From Eledone cirrhosa (lineage: Eukaryota): DNA of 64,000 bases. Of this stretch, positions 55,344 to 64,000 are shown piece by piece (within the stretch, counting starts at the first letter, position 1; each line of letters starts with the position of its first letter). The position numbers and the translations under genes were made by a program. The notes below the pieces were generated by a model. It saw only the letters and a program-made list of their open reading frames with translations, was not told the DNA's origin and ran no database searches. The DNA lies in NCBI GenBank assembly GCA_964016885.1, contig OZ024742.1, forward strand, positions 201,252,001 through 201,316,000, in the 5' to 3' direction.

Positions 55344-56985
55344 ATATATGTATATATACCCATCAGCACACGACACTAGAATGTCTCCCTCTGGGAACAC
55401 AAATTCTGCAACCTGAACGATATTGTATTTCTCCTATGTCTTGATTTCTCCATCTTACTCCACCACCACTCTTGTTGGTTTATTTATATATTTATACCTT
55501 TGCTTTATTAATGTGCTTTTCCACGTATTCTACTTCTATATATCCATGTATTTCTACTCCTCTTATTGGGACTTTTACTCACTTGTACCCATTAGCACAC
55601 GACACTAGAATGTCTCCCCCTGCGAACAAAAATAAATATTACCCGACTATATCCCTTAATCTACATCCCACTAGGATAACTTATAGAGGATCTATATAAT
55701 ACAATTAAAGTTTCTTCATAAAAGGCTCTCTTTAACTAAACCCCGCAACCCAAAACCTTAAAAAAGTTTTTAAATGTTTAATTTTCAATTTTCTAATTGT
55801 TCAATTCGCAATCTTCTTACTCTTTAATTTTATAATGTTATTCTGAATTTTTTCAACTTCATCCTATAAATCTAAACAATATTTTAACGTTCCAACTTTC
55901 TGTCGGACTGTTGGGTTGGTTTTCCTGGCGGTGGGACCGGCCTCCTGGCGCATAGGCCTACCTTGAGTGCTTGGAAAAATAAATTTCCCTTCTTTCGGTA
56001 AATGAAACTACTCGGAGTGGCTTGATTCGCCCCAGGGGCCCGGCGCACAACCGGTTTTTTTGACCGCCATATAGTACCTTTAAATTACAGATCTAATCAT
56101 AACTATTAGATGTATCACGCCTCCCTCTACTTAAGCAAATCCCCCTCCTAGGTAAATTAATAGTACTGGTTTTGTACAAGGATGGCCTAACGATGAGGGC
56201 TGACTTCCCACTAGCACACCTGAAGCCTGTTTTACATTCCTAGAGTGCTCGTAAAAATTGATTTCCATATCTTTCGCTTGGCGATATCACTCGGAGTGAT
56301 GGGCTGGGCTGCGCAAGCCTGTAGTCGCCGCATGCTGTTTGACTGCTAAACAAAGACATAATCTTAACTCTATAATACAATTTAAGTTTCTTCATAAAAG
56401 ACTCTTTCTTTGCTTAAACCTCGCAACCTTAAAAATGTTAAACTGTTTAACTTTAAATTTTCGAATTTCTTTAATTTTATAATGTTAATATTAAATATTA
56501 ATTTTTTAACTTCATCCTATAAATCTAAACAAAAATGTAACGTTCCAATCTTCTGCTCACACAATATAACATACAGACCCCCAATATATTTACCTCTGTT
56601 AAGATACGGGTCCCTTAGAATAAATTGTTTTCGCGCCATTCCTGGCCTGACTGTTGTCTGACATTAGTACCGACCTTTCTTCCTCTTTCTTTCTGTCTTT
56701 CTTCTTGTAGCTCGACATTGACCCTGACTTTTCTTCTTCTTCCTTTTCTGCCTTCTCTTCCCCCTTCTTTCTGTCTTTTTTCTTGTGGCATGATATTAAC
56801 GCTGACTTATGTTCCTCTCCCTTTCTGTTTTCCTCTATTTGACCGGTAGTAGCACACTATAAGCTTTAGCCACCTCACTTGAGGGCGACCGGAAAAGGTA
56901 GAAGATGCTGGATGGCGGTCGTCCTCCGGTCTTTGATTTTCAACCCCATCGATTTTATCTATTACATTCATTTATTATATTTCGA

Positions 56986-57043
56986 ATACCTGATGATATC
57001 ACCGGATTCATACGGAACCCGGTCATTGAAATGATCATAGTAT
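56986..57043 (+). ncRNA. Type I hammerhead ribozyme
   Basis: ATAC-CTGATGA-T-ATCACCGG...CCGGTCAT-T-GAAA-TGATC-ATA-GTAT; palindromic ATGATCAT helix III. Confidence 0.75.
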
Positions 57044-57287
57044 AATAAACCTTTCAAGGATTTACACAAGTCCAGCCTCCTGTCATTTCATTATAATATT
57101 TAACTCCGTAATAGCACCACCAACTACAAAAACGAAGACGGTTGAACTGCTTTACGTTGAGTACTCTCCATATTATTACATTGAGATTGACCATACGGAA
57201 TTGACCAGCTCTATCCACTGGTGAACCTCGAACCTGAATATATAAATATATATATATATATATATATGTAAATATACACACACACAC

Positions 57288-57383
<96 letters not shown>

Positions 57384-57386
<3 letters not shown>

Positions 57387-57955
57387 GTAATCTGAGTTTT
57401 TTTAATATTAATAATAACATTCGATTCGTTTGCAATTATGCAAACAAGCCTCAATTTTATAGCCATGTCAGTAGAATGAACCCTTCATTCTTGCTCTTGT
57501 GTTGGCATGTGAACAGAACTGCAGACACTAATGTTTTGGGGTTTCCTTTTTTTATTTGAATTTGGCAAAGCCGGCCATTTATCGCTCGTATACAGGAAAC
57601 TGACTGGCTAGTCTGCTGATAAGCCAATCTGGCTGATCAGTGGATCTGCTAATATGCAGATCTGAATGATCAGCCAATCTGCTGATATGCAAATCAGGCC
57701 GATCAGTCACTGAGGATTTTTGAAAATAGCATATATTTTCACTAGCTCTGACAGTTAGGCAGGTGAACAGTGAGCTGTACTGATGAAGGATGATACCCAG
57801 AAACATTAGTGTCTGCAGTTCTGTTCACATGCCAACACAAGAGCAAGAATGAAGGGTTCATTCTACTGACATGTCTATAAAATTGAGGCTTGTTTGCATA
57901 ATTGCAAACGAATCGAATGTTATTATTAATATTCGAAAAACTCAGATTACATTTA
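57384..57955. mobile_element. PLE-type terminus with about 160-bp inverted arms
   Basis: 57384-57540 is the reverse complement of about 57797-57955; microsatellite flanks. Confidence 0.7.
57775..57818 (+). ncRNA. Type I hammerhead ribozyme
   Basis: CTGTA-CTGATGA-AGGATGATACCCA-GAAA-CA-TTAG-T-GTC-TGCAG; weak helix II. Confidence 0.7.
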
Positions 57956-58111
57956 TTGTATTCAGCCATGTAGAACGAACAAATTTTGTTTATATACACA
58001 CACATATATATATATATATGTATATATAGGAAAATAATCATGACCCCGACGGCTGAGCTCCTGCCGTTTCGACAACTAGATCCGAACGTTCGGATCTAGC
58101 TATCGAAACGG

Positions 58112-58200
<89 letters not shown>

Positions 58201-58221
58201 CTCTCTCTCTCGTATATATAT

Positions 58222-59897
58222 ACTATTTAAATTTCTTACTCTACGACTCCTAACCTCGCACATAACATCACAGCTTCACATTTAGCTAAACTACCTAGCC
58301 GTAGGAAGCCGTGCAACCTTGTAATTAGTACTAACTGTAATTGTAGGAATCGGGTTGATTGCCCCCTATCCGGGAAATGCCTCTCTAGTAACATTGTCTA
58401 CAAATGTAAGGTTGAAACACCCACGTCCCGTAGGGCCTACATAGGGTTAACCGCCAATAGATTCTAGCAGCGTCTTTACATGCATACCAATTCTTTTCGT
58501 TACCCTCTAAGAAGTAATATGACGTCACTTTCAGCTTATATCTGGAGTCTAAAAGACAACCACACCCAATATAAGTTACACTGGGAGATCCTAGCTAGGG
58601 CTAGATCGTATAACGGACATAAAAGACAATGTGACCTCTGCGCTGCTGAGGGCCTGGAAATACTCTACGCCACAGACCACATCTTAAACAAAAAATCTGA
58701 GCCAATTTCGGCTTGTAAACATAAATTGCACAAAACTTTCTTGTATTACAGCCCCACGTTATACCCTAACGGATAGTACGATCTATACGTGGATATTTTA
58801 CGTCTTATATATGTTTTGTTTATACCATTACTTATTTGCATAGGTAAGTATATATTACCTGTATGTTTTGTGAAGGTACGTATACCTTCTCGTACGTATA
58901 TTTGATTGTATATGTTATGGCGTATAATTTTTTATATATTTTGGTACATATGGTTTGGTTATGTGTATACATGAGTTTTGCGTCTGTGTGAGTATGCAGG
59001 TTCGTACGTATGTAGGGTGTGTGTATATGTGTACTTCATGTTTTGGTTGACTTACGTCTCCGAACATTTGTGTATTTACATGTAGGTATGTGTGTGCGCT
59101 TGTTATATACGTATTTATTTATTTATATACGTTTATTTAATTATTTATTTATTTGTATACACGCATACACACGCACCACATATTTATATGTGCGTGGTTT
59201 TGTGTACCTATGGTAAGTGTTTTCGCGTATGCTTGTGTATGTACGTATTTGTATGCGTGTATGTATTTATTTAATTTCTATTACTTCTGTATTGTATTTA
59301 TTTAATTTCTATTACTTCTGTATTGTATTTATTTACTTTGTTCTTAACTCTGAAGCGGAGATTCATTCGGTCCCCTAGTTAGAATTTTAGTCTACGACTT
59401 CTGCTATACCATTTACGTGGTTTTGTCTATGCGTGCAATTGTTCTCCACGCTCCACATATGACGTATTATCTTCGTTTTTTCGGTTCATTGCCAGAGAAC
59501 GTCTCTATCAACCACCTAAGAGAACATTAGTCTACGACCTCTTTTATACCATAAACGTGGTTCTGTCTTTGCGCGTAATTGTTTTTCACCGCTACTATTA
59601 ATGACGTATTATATTCGTTTTTTCCCGTTCTTTGCCAGCGAACGTTTCCACGAACCAAAGTATCGTCTTCCTGTCTTCCTCCGGTTGCAACGTTTTTTGA
59701 AATATCCACTTCTGCGTTTACAGATTGACTTTGTTAGTTTCAGAAGATCCCGTGAAGGGTGAAAGCAGCGATTCTTTGCTTAAACTTTAATCTGTTATTT
59801 TAATAAATATTTGCTCTACGGTTCTTATATATTTGATATATATTTATCCTTATCGAGCCCTCTTTGGATTTTAGTCTTCAAATTTATTATTATTACT
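58222..59897 (+). mobile_element. 5'-truncated Nematis-like PLE: GIY-YIG domain plus 3' UTR/pseudo-LTR
   Basis: 58222-58776 reads ISYSTTPN..CNCRNRVDCPLSGKC..NIVYKC..AYIGLT..F*QRLYMH..LSAYIW..CDLC; homologous to 49683-50250. Confidence 0.85.
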
Positions 59898-60229
59898 ATA
59901 TATATATAAAATTCTAATCATTGTAAGTTTGAATCTAACTGACATGCTAACTGACATGTAGAATGATGGCGAAGACTATCTACTTCAGAATATCAATCAA
60001 TTCATGAAGGACTGTCATGCCTGACAATAACTGAACTGCATGAAGTAGTTCAGAGGTTCTCAAAGTGGGCGCTACGAACTCCCAGGGGGTGTTGAGAAGG
60101 TCCAGGAGGACGCCGGGGCGTAGAAATGATATAATAGTATATTAAATATTAAATGATACATATTATATATAAGTATTGTAAAGTAAATAATATATATTAT
60201 TTATTTAACAGAATATATTATATTATTTA

Positions 60230-60645
60230 TTGGCAGTATCGGTAGAGGGTCGGACGCCATGCTTTCCAGCATAGTTACGCCCCTTTACGATCTGAGTTCA
60301 AATCCCGCCGAGGTTGACTTTGACTTTCATCCTTACGGGGTCGATAAAATAAAGTACCAGTAATGCACTGGGTAATTGCTGGCCTTGTGCCTAAAGTAGA
60401 AACAATTATTTATTATGTATAAATTAACGATTCGATTTATTATATGCTATTTACAATTTGCGGTGGATTGGCAGCATCGGTAGAGGGTTGGACGCGATAC
60501 TTTGACGCATAGAGTTACGGCCCTTGCCATTCTGAGTTCAAATCCCGCCGAGGTTAACTTTGTCTTTCATCCTTACGGGGTCGATAAAATAATGTACCAG
60601 TAATACACTGGGTAATTACTGGCTTTGTGCCAAAAGTAGAAATAA
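60230..60645 (+). mobile_element. Two head-to-tail Nin-domain-type SINEs (60230-60408, 60460-60645)
   Basis: Each has head, B box GAGTTCAAATCCCGCC and core. Confidence 0.85.
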
Positions 60646-61323
60646 TTAAATATAATTTGCATGTAGGCAGGTCTCTCTGGAAATAGGTGTGTGTGTGTGT
60701 GCGGTGGCCAAACAGAAAAAATGAATGGAATAACAACAACACCCAAACAAACAACACTGACCTAAGAGAAGAAGAAATAGATAAATAAATAAATAAATAC
60801 ATACACAAGCACAATAACAACAAACACATTTAAACACACACTAGTAAAGATAGAATACATTAACCAATACAGTCACCCAATCACGAACACACATCAAACA
60901 AAACACTATACACACACGCAAACGCAAACACAAAGAAGACAAAATAAAATAAACAAATAAATAAATATATAAACAGACTAAATAAAGATGGCGTAGAAAA
61001 TACAATGTAACGGGAGGAAACAATAGCACCACTGACGATGTTGCAGATGTGCAACGAAAGAAGATTGATAAACTATATATATGTGTTTGTGTCTATATTG
61101 TATCTGTGTTTTTGACCGTTGGTCAGTCAAAGGCAACATTGAGGACCGAATAAATTAAATTAACCGATATAAAAGACACAGAAGCGAAAAGCGAAAACCA
61201 ACCAAACAGTGAGTGTGTTCTGTTATTAATTCTGGCAATATCACACAAATATGACCCTCCTCAAGTATTTGTTTCGACACACGATTTCATATAAAAAAAC
61301 CTCGCAAAACTAATTCATCGCCG

Positions 61324-61357
<34 letters not shown>

Positions 61358-61458
61358 CAAAGGAAGTGTGGTAAGAAACCAGGTGGACCATAACGCACCA
61401 GAGTACTCGATACTTAGAGTAGTAGAGTTGGTAATAGGAAAAGTATCAAGACTCTTTT

Positions 61459-61460
<2 letters not shown>
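61358..61460 (-). mobile_element. Pseudo-LTR tip of the 48.4-52.7 kb PLE family
   Basis: Matches 48391-48485; sits inside (TA)n; other tips at 32453-32528, 41778-41812, 58041-58112. Confidence 0.75.
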
Positions 61461-61551
<91 letters not shown>

Positions 61552-61599
61552 TGTACCGATTGTGTTGTTATTTCTGTTTACCTTTTACATACATATATA

Positions 61600-61783
61600 T
61601 AATTGTTTCTACTTTTGGCACAAGGCCATCAATTAACCAGTGCATTAGTGGTACTTTATTTTATCGACCCCATAAGGATGGAAGGTAAAGTTAACCTCGG
61701 TGGCATTTGAACTCAGATGATAAAAGGCCGTAACTCTATGCTCTAAAGCTTGACGTCCGACATTCTACCGATACTGCCAATCC
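61600..61783 (-). mobile_element. Nin-domain-type SINE
   Basis: Reverse complement of the SINE consensus. Confidence 0.8.
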
Positions 61784-62067
61784 ATCACGTAGTGTATCTT
61801 GCTACTAAATCGCCAAATTTGGGGGAACGCACAAACACACTTCTACAAACCAAACACATTTTTATATTGGTTCTTCAACTGGTAGTTCCCTTTAGTTATC
61901 CTAGACTATCTTCATGTAGTTCTCTTATAAACTACGAAATTAACCTCTATCGTCAACTTTACAACGCATTACATCTACAACACCCCTCTCTCTCTCTATT
62001 TTATAGGGACAGACGAACACTCGGCCTCCGACAAGCCTATATATGTGGGCGTCATCGATAGCAACAG

Positions 62068-62500
62068 CAGCACCACCAGCACTGCCACCAGTACTACCAC
62101 CAGGACCACCAGCTCTGCCACCAATGCTAATCCTCACTAACACCACCCAAACAACCACCTCCTTCACTAGTAGCATCACCACTACTATCATTGACACCAG
62201 CACTACCACCAGCACCACCAGCACTGCCACCAGTACTACCACCAGCACCACCAGCACTGCCACCAATGCTAATCCTCACTAACACCACCCAAACAACCAC
62301 CTCCTTCACTAGGTAGCATCGCCACTACTATCATTGACACCAGCACTACCACCAGCACCACCAGCACTGCCACCAGTACTACCACCAGGACCACCAGCTC
62401 TGCCACTAATGCTAATCCTCACTAACACCACCCAAACAACCACCTCCTTCACTAGTAGCATCACCACTACTATCATTGACACCAGCACTACCACCAGCAC
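62068..62500. repeat. About 143-bp ACC/CAG-rich tandem repeat, 3 units
   Basis: Units start near 62068, 62211 and 62354. Confidence 0.9.
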
Positions 62501-62604
62501 AATATCCAACTGTGTTGTCTGCTGGAAATTATATGGAAAGCTCTGTTTGCTCAGTGTAAAATCCAATAGATTCCGTATTAATATCTCATTATATTGCAAA
62601 ATAC

Positions 62605-62703
<99 letters not shown>

Positions 62704-62751
62704 ATATATATATGTATACACAGATATATATATACACAAACGCATATATAC

Positions 62752-62832
<81 letters not shown>

Positions 62833-63122
62833 TCTAGCAAAATTTAATCTGGGTAATAATAAATATTACCCAGTTTCAAGTATGAAAATAGCTCGATGTA
62901 AAATAACAACTATATTACAGAGACGAAATACGATGTAAAGGGCAATCAAAGAGTGTATAAAACATTTAATCACTTACGATCGTTTCATCGGAGTAGACCA
63001 CTAAGGTTATATTTGTGATTTATGTTTTTGTATCCACTCCGATGATTCCAGCCTTGTGCTAGGATGAAATGATTGTCATTTACATAGTATAATATAAGTA
63101 TGTGTATATATATATATATATA

Positions 63123-63820
63123 CAAATAAAATTATCGAGAATCGGAACTTCGGCCCACGAAATAACGAAAAAAATCTTCGAAATGTGCGGCAAAGTGCTC
63201 AATGGTTCGGTTGAACCAGAGCTATAACTAACGTTTAATACCAAACACACTGAGACGATGTTTAAACAATCATTCGCACAGCCAAAAAATACGATCAAGT
63301 AATTCGGGTCAAACAAATAAAATATACATGATTGAAAAATTTACCCGGACCCCCTGGAAAGGTGGTAAAATCCAGCATTTGGGTTTTTGCGGCTTCGAAA
63401 TCAGGTACCGTCCGCCTACATAGAAAATGACCGGCTTCTGGTAAGATGATGAACAAGGAAATCGCTTTTTCAACAGGCTTTTAGTTCAATAATACAGGGG
63501 AAGACTTTTACTGAATCCACGTGGGGATCAGCAAGGGAGGCAACCCCTATATTAGGCGAATGAATTCAGTTGTGTATATTATTGTAAGGATACAAAATAT
63601 CACAATTCGAATTAGAGTTCTCAACAGACGGGTTAAAGTTAACATAAGCTATTCATCAGTCAATAGAATCAACTAAAATATCAATAAAATTAACTGATCA
63701 ATAGCTAGAGTCTGGAGATAAATACAAATAAAATTATCGAGAATCGGAACTTCGGCCCACGAAATAACGAAAAACAATCTTCGAAATGTGCGGCAAAGTG
63801 CTCAATGGTTCGGAAGAACC

Positions 63821-63822
<2 letters not shown>
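63123..63822 (-). mobile_element. Non-coding partial-tandem element (family of 5405-6152)
   Basis: 63123-63215 repeats at about 63725-63815; (TA)n flanks. Confidence 0.65.
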
Positions 63823-63887
<65 letters not shown>

Positions 63888-64000
63888 TGCAAGATGTTTG
63901 ATATGAAATCGTGTGTTGAAGCAAATATTTTTATATTTGGGGAGGGTCATATTGTTATAATATTGCCAGAATAATAACAGAACACACTCACTGTTTGATT

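Noticed and set aside
60051-60120. hAT-type transposon end (CAGAGGTTCTCAAAGTGGG); also 16178-16192
   Set aside because: No partner TIR or target duplication found.
62043-62500. Mucin-like Thr/Pro-rich exon
   Set aside because: Unit length shifts frame between copies; simple ACC-derived tandem repeat.
62972-63052. Hammerhead on minus strand (helix + GAAACGATCGTA)
   Set aside because: No CUGANGA at the expected position; similar half-motifs at 15183, 15635, 43019, 3115 and 45593 were also left uncalled.

Overview
AT-rich, repeat-saturated animal (eukaryotic) DNA with no recognisable host gene. The SINE families and very dense (TA)n/(CA)n/(GA)n microsatellites suggest an octopod cephalopod (inference). 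Most listed ORFs are microsatellite artefacts. The real coding content is decayed retroelements: a near full-length Tx1/L1-type LINE (34.8-39.9 kb), a near full-length Penelope-like element (PLE) with direct pseudo-LTRs (48.4-52.7 kb, minus), two further PLE RT/GIY-YIG fragments (20.3-22.9 and 58.2-59.9 kb), RTE-type LINE pieces and about 10 tRNA-derived SINEs. The main hidden signal is non-coding: about 15 type I hammerhead-ribozyme (HHR) motifs from many families, in short fold-back or partial-tandem PLE termini set in (TA)n tracts. They include covarying copies, a U3-A8 core variant and family-fixed non-canonical cores. Coordinates were read by eye; no folding, alignment or database search was run.
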